A stretch of DNA of 63,478 nt, filler included, from Octopus bimaculoides (GCF_001194135.2; 4 parts of 4 records of this genome joined end to end with filler, not necessarily neighbours in it), one strand, 5' to 3'; positions 35,334 to 48,338 are shown, counted from the first letter of the whole stretch. The notes: generated by a model from the sequence alone, not told the origin. Translations and numbers: made by a program.

Positions 35334-35794
35334 TAGGTAATAATGTCTAACACATACACACATAATGTGTGTATAATAGCAGTTTTATTCAGCTCCACAT
35401 TACTTTAAGTTTTGTGGGCGTGTCTATACTCACAAAACGTTGATGTGGAGCTGAGTCAGTCTGTTATTAAATGCATGGGTGTGTGTATGTACACACGTGA
35501 ATATAGAGATCATTATTAGTTAGCACCAGGTAAGTCCTAATCCAGTGGACCTGTGATGAAAAGTGTTGCAGTTGTGACTATCCTGTCTTTCTTTTTTTTT
35601 TTAGTGTATTTTGAGACCACACTATCCTTCCTTCCTTCTCTCTTTCTCTTTCTCTCTCTCTCTCCCTTCCTCATATAGATATATACAGTCAGGTGTGATT
35701 AAAACGAGATTTGGTTGCTGTTTCTAGCATGTTGAACACCTGTGTAGAGGTGGCTTGTTGGTTTTGCAGTAGCATTCTATGGTGTTGGAGACAC

Positions 35795-35905
35795 ATCTAT
35801 CAAATCCACTTACTTTGGTTGGCCTGAGGCTATAGAAGACAGAGTACCATGCAGTGGGACTGAATGCGGAACAATGTGGTTGGGAAGCAAGCTTCTTGCC
35901 ACACC
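35795..35905 (-). mobile_element. SINE family A head, decayed
   Basis: CAAATCCACT...CAGTGGGACTGAA...GCAAGCTTCTT. Confidence 0.7.
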
Positions 35906-36356
35906 TGCATGTATGCACACACACACTAATAATAAGGATTATGATGAAGTAATATAAACATTACCTTTAATTCATTTTTATATATAAACAAACTTGTTAA
36001 ATTTTTCTAACTTTTGTTACCTTGTTTCCGTTAAAATACACTGCATCATTTCATGCTCAGAATTGATGGAACATGGAATTAACTATCTGTATCGTTATTA
36101 GCTGTCGGAACACTGCCTCCTTCAAATATTCTATACTTCTCCAAATTCACCAACAGTACCCCTGTTATGTCTATACAACCTTTCTTTTTTATGGCTCTCT
36201 TACTGCTCATTTTTCTTTATTTTTCTGTTTTATTTTGTACTCCACATTATAGTTTTAGCTATCATTGCTGTCTTTCTTTACTTCACTTATTACTGCTTTC
36301 TGTCCCTTCTATTCTGATGAGTTGTGCATCTAAGCACTGTATACACAAAGCTCATT

Positions 36357-36720
36357 ATTACCTCCGCCTTAGCGAAGGTGGAGGTATTGTTTTCAGTCAT
36401 GTTTGTTTGTTTGTCCATGGACAAGATATCTCAAGAAACGCTGGATGGATTTAGATGAAACTATCAGGGATGTTTGGCCTCATGACTGGCACAAACTGAT
36501 TAGATTTTGGGATCGATCCGGTACCAGACAAGGATTCTGGATTATTTTTCCTGTTTTTTTACTTAATATTTGAGAGTGGTCAGGTTCATTTCAAGTATTC
36601 TTGTTTGTGAGAGCTGTCAATTTTATTTCAGATATTCTAATTTTAATCATTTCTGGCTAACCGTTGAGAGGACGTTGGTGTTGCCTTGGCAGAGGTTTGC
36701 ACTCTCTGAGTGCTCTTGTT
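36357..36720 (+). mobile_element. Helentron-associated non-autonomous element (HINE/DINE-1-like)
   Basis: 5' ACCTCCGCCTT/AAGGTGGAGGT inverted repeat, (GTTT) tract, 3' GGCAGAGGT sub-TIR, terminal hairpin GCACTC-TCT-GAGTGC, then T-rich end. Confidence 0.7.
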
Positions 36721-36892
36721 AGTATTTGTTTCAATTAATTTTGAAAATAATTATAACTGTCATTATTAAACTGATGTTTGGAACTAAGTTGGTAACATTA
36801 ACTTTTTAAAACAATAAAATAAATCATCACTATTGGATTTTTAAAAGGTTTATTATATATAAAAAGAAAAGATTAAAATTATTATTGTTATA

Positions 36893-37220
36893 TTTGGCTC
36901 AGTGGTTAGTGTTGGGCTCATAATTATGAGGTAGTGAGTTCGATTCCCAGGGACCAGGTTGTGTGTTGTGTTCCTAAGCAAGACACTTTATTTCACATTG
37001 TTCCAGTTCACTCAGCTGTAGAAATGAGTTGTAACACCACTGGTGCCAAGCTGTATCGGCCCTTGCCTTTCCCTTGGATAACACTGGTGGCGTGGAGAGG
37101 GGAGGCTGGTATGTACAGATGACTGCTGGTCTTCTATTAACAACTTTGCCTGGACTTGTGCCTCGAAGGAGAACTTTCTAGGTGCAATCCCATGGTCATT
37201 CACAACCAAAGGGGGTCTTT
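36893..37220 (+). mobile_element. SINE family C, near full length
   Basis: TGGCTCAGTGG A box, GAGTTCGATTCC B box, CORE-like block. Confidence 0.75.
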
Positions 37221-37292
37221 CTTTCTATATTTGGGGATGGTCATATTTTGTCAGTTAAACACAAGCACAATGTATTTGGTCTTCACTTCAGC

Positions 37293-37332
<40 letters not shown>

Positions 37333-38047
37333 ATCAAATCTCTTCACATCACACATCCTTTGACCTATTTAGCAATTCTTTATCCCATGTGTTCTCTTAT
37401 TCTTAGTGCATTTAGAAAATGGACTAAACAGAACAAGGGGAGACATTTTCTAAATGGACTAAGCAGAACAAAAGGAGACACTAGGGATAAAGAGACACTG
37501 AAGAGGTTACAGGATATGTGACAAAAGAGCTTTGACAAAAAAATTAAAATAATTATAATAAGATTGAAGTAAAGACTGAACTTATAGTGCATGTGTTTAA
37601 TTGGAAAAAATATGACCATGCATAATATTAAAATTATTTCCATCTTTTTGTTAGTGTGTATCTGTTGACATGTGTTGTCTTGTTTAAGATATTTCTTAAA
37701 ATAATCACAAACTTTTAAAATAACATTATTAAAATGGTGTTTGGAACATAAATATGAAATTTTGATGGAAGGTTTTAATTTAGATCATTTAAAAATAATA
37801 AGTTTATATCATAGAACTAGATAAGTTTGTATCAAAAGCAAGAAAGATAGATGTATGAAGTGAAAATTTTGCACAAAGGCAGAAAGCATGGAAGTTTTCC
37901 AAGTATCCTAGAATTTTCCGAGAATCTCAGAAGTTAATGGCAACCTTGTGTCACTGCACAAAAATTGGAAACATCTACTGTAAGATATTGATATTTCTTC
38001 CTAGATGCTTTGGCCTGTTGATTTGTTATTATTATTATTATTATTGA

Positions 38048-38552
38048 GTGAGAGAGCAGTGAATACCATCAAAGTGACATTGGGGTAAAATATATGAAGC
38101 CCATTCTACCCATCATGACTACCCATCTGATAACAGTACGCCAGGCACATGCTTCACAAACCATATGTGCATGACATGGTGATCTCATATCAAGTTAAAC
38201 AGCGTATGTTCTTGCAGGTGGGGCCCATCCCACTCAAAAGGACCTTGAATAAAGTTTGTTTAAGGATGTTGAATGAAACACCCATGTTTCCAGAGGTGAA
38301 TTATTCAAACCCCAACGAATCCCTCTCAACACATGTTCTGCTCCTGATCAGAGATGTTCATCTCATCAGCCACCAAAGGACCTACTCAACTAGTTACAGT
38401 CAAACAACTGATGAGCAAATTTGTGGTACTGAGCAGAATATTTGCCGTAGCCCATCTTTTATACCAAGACAAAGCAATGTAAATGATAACACTCCAATCA
38501 GTTAAGATCAGAAGCCATGAGATCCACTGCCTGGTACTGCATCTGGGCATTT
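38048..38552 (-). repeat. Unclassified ~500-bp repeat bounded by (ATT)n
   Basis: Second fragment at 24325-24490. Confidence 0.7.
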
Positions 38553-38561
38553 ATAATTGTT

Positions 38562-38758
38562 ATTACCTGTGCCTTAATGACTGCAGAGGTATTGTTTTCA
38601 GTCATGTTTGTTTGTGTGTTTTTCTGTGGACAAGATGTCTCAAGAACCACTGGATGGATTCAGATGAAACTTTCAGGGATGTTTGGCCTCGTGACTGGCA
38701 TGAACTGATTAGATTTTGGGATCGATCCAGTACCGGACAAAGATTCTGGATTATTTGT
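38562..38758 (+). mobile_element. HINE-like element, 3'-truncated copy
   Basis: Close match to 36357-36545. Confidence 0.75.
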
Positions 38759-40194
38759 TATATTTACTTTACATGAAGTATTACGATCTTATGTTGTCTT
38801 TCAAGTCTTTCTCTAATTATCTCCCTTGAAAGCATGCTCATGGTTTCTCAATCCCCAAATCCTTGCTGTTCCTAATTATTATTATTATCATTATTATTAA
38901 GGCAGCATGCTGTCAGAATCATTATTGCATCAGACAAAATGCTTACTCTTTTACTCTAATCAAGTAAAGAAAGACAGCTATGAAAGCTAGAAGTATGTGC
39001 ATAGTACCAGGATAAAACACAAAAATATAGAAAAGTGAACATTAAAAGAATCATAAAGAGTCATTCTGAAGTATTGAGCTCTTTTGTGAAGTCAATGTAA
39101 CCCAATTTCAATTCTTGATCAGAGCTGCCTCATTTTTCATGAGTGTAGGACAAAACTCCCTAGAGCAAAAAGAAAAAAAATTTAATGATAATTTTTATTC
39201 TTATTTGTAGTTTATGAACACTTCTTTGAGATGTAAAACATTACATTAATTATATGATAACCCCAATCACAAAAATGAGTATAATAAAAAGAATATCATA
39301 CTGTATCTCTAAAAAATGAAAACAAACACAATACTGAAAACCTCATTAAGTATTGAGGTTCATTTAAAGTTCTTTTTACTACAACCTGGTACTGTGTCCT
39401 ATGCCATTCAGAAATTTCTCCCACATAGTCCAGAGGAATAATTTGTCCAGACCCCATTTTTCATAGAACTTCGGAAAAGCAGGAACATCGTTATCTTCCA
39501 GCCACTTAACTGCCTCCCTCTCCCACCCCCACTCCCACACAGATTTTATAAACTAACTTTGCTAAAACCACAAACTGTGATCCAACATCAAATTTGAACC
39601 CACATCTGATCTACTCATGTAGTGCAACTGCTGTCACACACTGACTTTGTGGAGCAGGTCTTTTATGCACCAACATTCTCACTGTATACATACTTTCTTA
39701 CTCTATTACTGTAACTATGAGCCATAAAGTAGTCACTACTTGGTTTCTTGATAAAGTACAAAATAGTAGCCAAATTACCTCAAACCACACTGTTAAAAAA
39801 AAACAGAATTGAAGAGCCTAAAAATTTTTTTATAAAAAGAAATCTATGCACAGCATTCCGAACTCACTGTTTTAAAGCTGAAATAGACAGGATATATCTG
39901 TTCAACATATAAGGAAGATGAGGTTTTATACAAGTAGAGAGTTTTTACAATGAAGTTACATTATGCCTAGAAAATATAGAAACAAGCAAATAGAAACTGA
40001 ATAGTTTCATAACAAACAAAACAAAGTAACAAAAATAAAACCTTTTCTCTATATAAAAGGAAATGATAAAGTTTAAAATAGATACTTAGTACATTAAAGT
40101 AATAATGTATTTAGATGAATGCAAAACACAACAGAAAGATGAAATCAAAAATGGAACTACAAAATATAATAAAGAAGATATATACTAAAGAGAA

Positions 40195-40650
40195 AAAACA
40201 CTCCATGGCCAATATCCTGCAAGACTTGACAGAGTGGAAGTAACTTGGCATGAAAACCAACAATGGCTCAAAAAACTGGACTAAAAACAGAAACGGAAGA
40301 CCTGATTTCAGCCAAGCAGGAATAATACCTTTTTACACACACATACAAAAGCTGCAAACATAAAATATTGAGACTATTACACAGTCATCAGATTATGTAA
40401 TTATCACAAAGAAATAATTGTTCACATCATTTCTGGCTGTGCAGTCTTGCGTAGACATAATGTGTGTTGTGTGTGTATATCAATGCAGGCATAAGTGGCT
40501 ATGCAGCTATGTCTGTTGGGTAATTTAATAGGTAAAAATGAGAGAAAGTGTTAAAAGATTGTACAAAACAGAGTATATTGTAATGACCTAACTACAACAG
40601 TCTGGGACACACCTGTTCACACTGACATGAAGATCAAAGCAACAATATCA
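40195..40650 (+). mobile_element. R4/Dong-type (RLE) LINE fragment, decayed
   Basis: KTLHGQYP, CNYHKEIIVHIISGCAVL..RHN (CCHC remnant), VWDTPVHTDMKIKA. Confidence 0.6.
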
Positions 40651-41055
40651 CAACCAAAGACGAGAATTAAAATCTATGTATTTTTTGGTTTTTGTATGAA
40701 TGTGTGTATAAATCTCTATGTACTCTGTACACATATATCAATGCACACTTTGGGTGTATTGATGTATCATATATGTGTGTACGTCTTTATGATAAATGTG
40801 TGTATGTATCTACTTATTCATGCATACATACAAATATAAAGTATTTTTGTCAGTGTGACTCAAGCTAATAGGTGTGTACTCTGAGAGCTCAATTTGGTAT
40901 GCCACTAAAATTCCAGTATAAACTGCAGTTGAAAATGTGTTTTCACGACTGCCTTTCTAAAGTGGCTAGAAATGGCTCCTCTTTGAGTGGATGTGTATAG
41001 ATTAAAGCAGAAATGAAGAGGCAAACAATTTAGTAAGACTTGACAAGGATATTTA

Positions 41056-41450
41056 GTTATATTATATTACAACATAATGAAAAGGTGTATACAATCTCTA
41101 AAAACTGTTTCTAGAATATCCCAACTATTGGAACTTTTTGCCAAGCAAGGATTCCATATACTGAATATACCGCCATCGGAAGGATATCACCAGCTCTTTT
41201 CATTTGTACATGGATTTACTTCATGAATACATATTTCAAATGGATCGCTCCTCATTTAGACAAAATGAACTATAATAATATTAGTACAACTGCTGTATAA
41301 TGTTCCTTCACTGTTACATCTCTTTATCCTCTCCTTCTCCAATGACATATGGAATCCTCACTTGGTACAAACTTCCAATTGCTGGGATATTCTAGAAACA
41401 GCTGTTAGAGATTATATACACCTTTTCATTATGTTATAATATTATATTAA
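41056..41450. mobile_element. MITE with ~100-bp TIRs
   Basis: 41063-41159 versus 41347-41442: AACATAATGAAAAGGTGTATA...TTTCTAGAATATCCCA...GGATTCCATAT inverted. Confidence 0.8.
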
Positions 41451-41484
41451 CCTAGTTTCTCTCACTCTTACTTCCTGTTTCTGT

Positions 41485-41670
41485 TGTGCTTGTAATTCAA
41501 AGGGTCAGCCTTGTCACACTGTGTCACGCTGAATATCCCCGAGAACTACGTTAAGGGTACACGTGTCTGTGGAGTGCTCAGCCACTTGCACGTTAATTTC
41601 ACGAGCAGGCTGTTCTGTTGATCGGATCAACTGGAACCCTCGATGTCATAAGCGACGGAGTGCCAACATT
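41485..41670 (-). repeat. Unclassified interspersed repeat
   Basis: Relative at 4735-4915. Confidence 0.55.
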
Positions 41671-41754
41671 AAAACAATATTATATAGCTATATTAAATGT
41701 CCTTGTTCAGTTTTACCAAATTGTTTGCTTCTTTATTTCTGTTTTACTCTATAA

Positions 41755-42145
41755 ACATAACATAACTGTGGAGGGAACCTGTGAAAGAGGAAGACCCAGG
41801 AAGACATGGGACAAGATGGCGAAGCATGATCTTTGAATGTTGGGTCTCATGGAAGTGATGACAAGAGATTAAGATCTTTGATGATTTGCTGTGCTTGAGA
41901 AGACACATCAAGCCAATTGAAATCATAGTCATGACCAGAGCTGGTGACATGTAAAAGGCACCCATGCCAATGACATGTAAAAAGCACCCACTACACTCTT
42001 GGAGTGGTTGGCATTAAGAAGGGCATCCAACTGTAGAAACCAAGCCAAACTAGACTGGAACTTGGTGCAGCTCTCCAGCTTACCAGTTTCAGTTGAATTG
42101 TCTAACCAATGCCAGCATGGAAAATGGACACTAAAGGATGACATA
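41755..42145 (+). mobile_element. RTE LINE 3' fragment
   Basis: TVEGTCERGRPRKTWD, then the 3' UTR motif GGTTGGCATTAAGAAGGGCATCCA, homologous to 51341-52100. Confidence 0.8.
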
Positions 42146-42151
42146 CACATG

Positions 42152-42208
<57 letters not shown>

Positions 42209-42237
42209 GTCTGTCTGTCTGTCTGTCTGTATGTATG

Positions 42238-42269
<32 letters not shown>

Positions 42270-42789
42270 AATTTAGATTCAGGTGAATATGGTACTTAAG
42301 TTGAGGCACCAGAATTTAGTATGGTATTATCCATGCAATTTCAAAGTAAGGTGATTAAAATCAAAATAAGCAACAAGGATATCCAGAGGTAATGCAGTAC
42401 AATCGTTTCATGCAACTCCATTTAATTGAACAATGTAATCATTACATCAGTTTAAAATGCAAAGCAATCTTCAGCTGCACAAAGACATAGAATTTAATTA
42501 AATTAGAACAGATGGACACATTAGTATAATAATACCGAAAATCTCTCAGAGGTTAGGGAGACAGGCAGAGAAAATCTTGCTTTAGCCACACGTATGTATG
42601 TATCTAAATTGAGGGATTGGAATGGGTAAAATACAGCATGCATTTTTTCTTAGCTGGCTAATCCTCTGATATAACAGTTACTCAACAAGGGGTGCTCAAC
42701 TTAGCTAATCATCAGGCTAAGATTACCTTACTTAAATGAAGGTTATATTTGGCGCTTGGAATTTCCAAGTTAACTCACCACAAATGTGA

Positions 42790-44800
42790 ATTGAAAATGA
42801 AGTATCAATGTAGGATAAACCTACAGTTAAAGACTCCAGGAAGAAATTCAACATAATAAACGCTGTGAATAATATATTAGGTTGGCAACTAAGTTCCTCC
42901 CATATTTTAAAATTTAAATTTTTTAAAAGGTTTAATAAAAGATAACAACTAATTAATCAATAATGTATTCACCTTTGTTGTTTACAACTTCTTCCCAACA
43001 TTCAACATGATTTTCAATATCTCGTATGGTAGCAAAATTGATCCAACCAAACTCTAAATTCTGCATCAGTATTGAACGAAACTCTGTGCATAGCATTTGA
43101 AAGAGATCGAAAGAGGTGGAAATCTGTTGGTGCCAAATCAGGAGAGTACGGCGGGTGTGGCAGCACTTCCCAGCCCTGCATTTGAATCGGTTCCTTGATC
43201 ATATTAGCGATATGAAGACAGGCGTTGTTGTGCAGCAGAAGAGCTCCATGCTGACGATTAGGTCTTTTCTCTTGAATAGCCGTGTTGAGTTGTTACATCT
43301 GTTGAACATCGAATTCTGTGTTGACCATTTGGTTCTGTTCAAGCAATTCATAATGGATAATCCCTTCCCAGTCCCGCCATATGCACAACATCGCTTTACA
43401 TGGATGAAGATCTTGTTTCACACGTGGTGTCGCTTGTTTACTGGGGCTAAGCCATTCCTTACGCTGCTTCATATTGATGTACAGGCGCCATTTTTCATCA
43501 CCAGTAACGATTTGGTAAAGAAATCATTGCTTGTGTCCATGAGTTGAGCGGTGATGAGCAAGCAAACCAGCGGAGATTGTGGCTCATTGATTTTTGTTGT
43601 CACTTAAAGCATGCGGAACCCATGCTCCATACTTCTGAACCTTTCCCATCGAGTGAAGATGCTTCTCTGTAGTAGTGTGGGAGCATTCCATTTTCTCTGC
43701 CAGTTCCCTTGTCACTTGACGAGAATTTTCGTGCAAAAGTTGGTTTAATTGCTCTTCATCGAACTCAACAGGATGACCAGNNNNNNNNNNNNNNNNNNNN
43801 NNNNNNNNNNNNNNNNNNNNNNNNNNNNNNNNNNNNNNNNNNNNNNNNNNNNNNNNNNNNNNNNNNNNNNNNNNNNNNNNNNNNNNNNNNNNNNNNNNNN
43901 NNNNNNNNNNNNNNNNNNNNNNNNNNNNNNNNNNNNNNNNNNNNNNNNNNNNNNNNNNNNNNNNNNNNNNNNNNNNNNNNNNNNNNNNNNNNNNNNNNNN
44001 NNNNNNNNNNNNNNNNNNNNNNNNNNNNNNNNNNNNNNNNNNNNNNNNNNNNNNNNNNNNNNNNNNNNNNNNATACACAGCCCAAATGTGAGCAGCGGCC
44101 TTAGAACCTTGATTAAAAGCAAAAAGAAGGAGATGTTGAAAATGCTCGTTTTTCTTAACTTGACATTCCATTTTAATGATCTGAAAATAGACAAAAATTA
44201 ACTAAAATTAACTAGAAAAAAAACAAAATAGATTCCAAAATGATTCAAAATAGAATTCTCTAAAAAAATAGATTCCAAAATTTAAAAACGCAATAAATTC
44301 CAAAATTTAAAAAAACCGGCAGGAACTTAGTTGCCAACCCAATAGTTGAGTCATGGGATAAAGTGAAACCTTCGACTTTGAATAGTGCTTGGAAGAGTAT
44401 ATGGCCAGACTGCATCCATAACATTACAAGTTTTCCTCAAGTAGAAAGTCTACATCAAATTCTGAAGGATATTGTGGCACTTGCAAAGGATGTAGGATTT
44501 GAAGACGTCACAGATAATGTGATTGAGTTGCTAGTGTCCTGGAAAGAAAGTTTATCTACTGAAGAGCTGATGCTGGAAAAAGAACAAGCTAAGAGTATAG
44601 ATGAAACAACAGAAGTTCCACCTATTCCACTTAAAATGGCTATAAAAATTATTGCTTAAAGGGTTGACACTTCTAGAAGGAAAGTTTGAAAGTTTTTGCT
44701 GATAATGATCCTAATCATGAATGTAACACAAAAATCAAAGGAGTTTTCAATGAACTCAGTTCCTATACTGAGCTGTACAAAGAAATGATATGTCATTAAC
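42790..44800 (+). mobile_element. Tigger/pogo transposase C-terminal remnant split by a mariner
   Basis: Removing 42877-44344 gives KPTVKDSRKKFNIINAVNNIVESWDKVKPSTLNSAWKSIWP...LAKDVGFEDV. Confidence 0.75.
42877..44342 (-). mobile_element. Mariner (DD34D, cecropia-like TIR), near full length, defective
   Basis: TIRs TTAGGTTGGCAACTAAGTTCC / GGAACTTAGTTGCCAACCCAA with TA both sides; WVPHAL, TGDEKW, HPPYSPDLAPTDFHLF; stops, frameshifts and an N gap. Confidence 0.95.
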
Positions 44801-44881
44801 ATCAAACGACTTTGGATAATTTCGTTTTTGGATTTGGTTTGCAAGATTCTTTATGTGATTTCGTGTGTTGAAGCATATTCT

Positions 44882-45146
44882 GTTGTGTCTGGGGAGAGTC
44901 ATTTTCTTATCGTGCCTTAAAAATTTAACACACTCACCGTTAAAATTTCCACTTATTATTTTTATTTTCCTAAAATTTTTGTTGCATCTTGCAACCTTTT
45001 CAAAACTATTGAGAGTCAAAACTATTGAAAAGGTTGCAAGATGCAACGAAAATTTTAGGAAAATAAAAATAATAAGTGGAAATTTTAACGGTGAGTGTGT
45101 TAAATTTTTAAGGCACGATAAGAAAATGACTCTCCCCAGACACAAC
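44882..45146. repeat. Near-perfect palindrome, 122-bp arms, 21-nt spacer
   Basis: 44882-45003 is the reverse complement of 45025-45146 with 1 mismatch. Confidence 0.95.
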
Positions 45147-45812
45147 TTTGGATAAGTTCTTCACCCATCAAGTTAATGTGCATGATAATGAACTATAATA
45201 AAGCTCATTCCATCCCCGTCACTCACACAGTAGTTAACATCTCTTGATCCCATAACATACCCCTCTTAAAATGTTTTTGTGTTTTTATGTATTTGTAGTT
45301 ATTTTCATGTATAAAGGCGACCATGTTGCTTGTTTTGTGTTTTCTTGTGAATCCTTTTTTGTTGTTGTTTTTTGTTTTTGTTTTTGTTTTCGAAAAAGTC
45401 TGTAGGAATGCAATTTCACTTGATAGTATGAGAATCAAGAGAACAATTAATTTTGCCTTAGGGAATTTTGTGTTTTGGCCAGATTTTCAGGACCTCATTA
45501 CTTTAGTAAAGTAAGGGATTCCTGTTGTATGGTTGCACAGAAAGATGATCAATGTAAAGTGTAAGTGGAGAGGGACAACATTAAGACTGAAAGATGGGAT
45601 AATAATTGAAATGTTTCAGAGGAAAAAGTAAATTAAACATGCAATTCTGCTTTCACTTAATTACAACAGCAGAATACTGCAGTTAAGCAGGTGAAAGAGG
45701 GGACAGTGATTAAGAGATAAAGGGCAATGAAGATGGCTTGAGGAGAAAATTGAGCAAGAGGCAGGGTTGTACATGCATATAGTACGTATGTGTATATGGT
45801 GTATATGTGTAT

Positions 45813-45876
<64 letters not shown>

Positions 45877-46078
45877 GCAGTAAATATATAGAGAAATACA
45901 CATGCACAAATACATGCATACAAACACACATATATATACATACAGAGCCATTTTAGCAACTTTATAGGTCCCTGGGTAAATCAGTGCATGGGGTCCATAG
46001 TATTTATTGATAGCAAGCTATGACATATATAGGTCAGAATTGGGTCCCTGTCCATGCTTTAAGACACCCTGTGCATAA

Positions 46079-46645
46079 TGTTGAAATTCTAATGAAGGAA
46101 TCTTGGATCTAGGTTAGGAACCAGATCTTTCTCTATTGGTAAGAAATCTTGAAACAAAACTGAATGACATACATACATACATACATACATACATAATGTA
46201 AGCACAACAGGCCTGATATAATGATTTGGGATACAGAAGAGAAACTGTGTATAGTTGTGGAAATTAGCTGGCCAGTGGATGTTAACATAAAACTGAAGAT
46301 CAGTGAAAAAGAGAACACCTACACTAAACTATTGAGAAATCTGCAGTTACTCTATCCAGATTACAAGTTCAGGTTTCTACCTGAAATTATTGGGGCACTG
46401 GGATATGTAACACATGCCTAAATATCAATCTGGAGAAATTAGGTTTCTCAAAACCAGAAAAGAGAAAGCTGATTTGAAGACTACAGATCCACTCCATCAC
46501 TTGAACTGTAAAAGTCTGTAAAACTTTCCAGAAATTTATCCTTTAAATATAGATGAGCATATCTAGATATGCAACTACATGCATGAGAATACATACATAA
46601 AGCAAAACATACAAATATGTACATATACATACATACATACATACA

Positions 46646-46678
<33 letters not shown>

Positions 46679-46683
46679 GCATG

Positions 46684-46714
<31 letters not shown>

Positions 46715-48338
46715 GCATACATACATACATGCATACATACATACATACATACATACATACATACATACATACATACATACACAATACACACACATACATA
46801 CATACATACAAACAGAAATACCCTGTTGTTGATGTTGAAATTCCAATGAAGCAGCCTTGGATCTAAGTTACAAACTGGCTCTTTTTCTATTGGCAAGGAA
46901 TCTTGAAATAAAACTGAGCAATGACATACATACATACATACATACATACATACATACATACATACATTACAATGGTACCTGTAACAAAACAAAACACATG
47001 ACATTAAAGAATATTACAGCCAAATAAAGAAAATTTGGTATTTGGAACTCTCTAATAAAACAGTAGCCCACAGTGTGTCTGCATTGCCAGTACTCATACT
47101 AACGTTTGGGCTGCTTGATTGGACACTTGATAAGATCCAAGCCATTGATGTGAAAACCCAGAAGATACTAACAAGGACACATAATTTCCACATCAACAAT
47201 GAGATAGACCGCCTCTACCTAAAATGAAAACAAGGCGGCAGAGGCTTAACATTGATCCAAACTGCAGCATTCCTTGTCTGATAACTTTAAATACATGCCC
47301 AAAGAAGTAGCATGACACTACTACAACATATTATCAGATGAAAGGATGAGCGTATATGAGCAGAAGATCAGGCATAGATATGTTAGTAGAAAGCTATCAG
47401 ATGATAGTAACATTGAACAGCAAACCAGTCTATCATGTACCAACAACTGGATCACTACCTCCCATTTTGAAGGATATATGTTTAGAATCCAGGAACAATA
47501 AATACCAACCAAATATCTGATGCACAAAAGGGACAGAGAGGCAGGAAAAGCAGGACAACCAATGCAGACTTTATAGAATTAAACCAAAGATATCACCCAC
47601 ATCATAAGCAGTTGTCCAAAAATCTCATCACGAAAATGAGACACGATGTTGTAGCCAGGACACTCTATAATGAAATCCATTGGAAGGATAACCCCGAAGA
47701 CAAAGAAGTAAGACCCACAGTATGGTTGAAGCCATAGCCACTCATAACAAAAAGGAGTACTGGAGGAATGTCCTAGTGAGAACCTCATAAAATGTAAACA
47801 CAATAGATCTGATATAATGGTTTCAGATAGAGAAGAGAAACTGTGTACAGTTGTGGAATTTAGCTGGCCAGTGGATGTTAACATAAAACTGAAAATCAGT
47901 GAAAAAGAGAATACCTATGCTGAACTATTGAGAAATCTGCAGTTACTCTATCCAGATTACAAGTTCAGGTTTCTACCTGTAATTATTGGGGCACTGGGAT
48001 ATGTAACACTACTTGAATATCAATCTTGAGAAATTAGGCTTCTCAAAACCAGAGGGGAGAAAGCTGATTTGAAGACTACAAATCCAGTCCATCACTGGAA
48101 CTGTAAAAGTCTGTAAAACTTACCAGAAGTTTATCATTTAAATATGTCTATATATGCAACTATATGCATGAGAGTACAGACATAAAGCAAAACATACAAA
48201 TCTGCACGTATACAAATATACATATACGAACGTATACAAAAATACCCAGTTGTTTTTGAAATTCCAATGAAGGAGCTTTGGATCAAGATTAGAAACTGAC
48301 TCTTTCTTTATTAGTATGAAATCTTGAAATAAAACTGA
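46079..48338 (+). mobile_element. Tandem array of three 5'-truncated R4/Dong-type (RLE) LINE ends separated by (ACAT)n
   Basis: Tail only 46079-46166; copy 46195-46923; longer copy 46968-48338 with RT-thumb DRLYLK*KQGGRGL, ITHIISSCP...RHDVVA and the RLE region (KHNRPDIM...VVEISWP...IIGALG in the 46195 copy). Confidence 0.85.
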
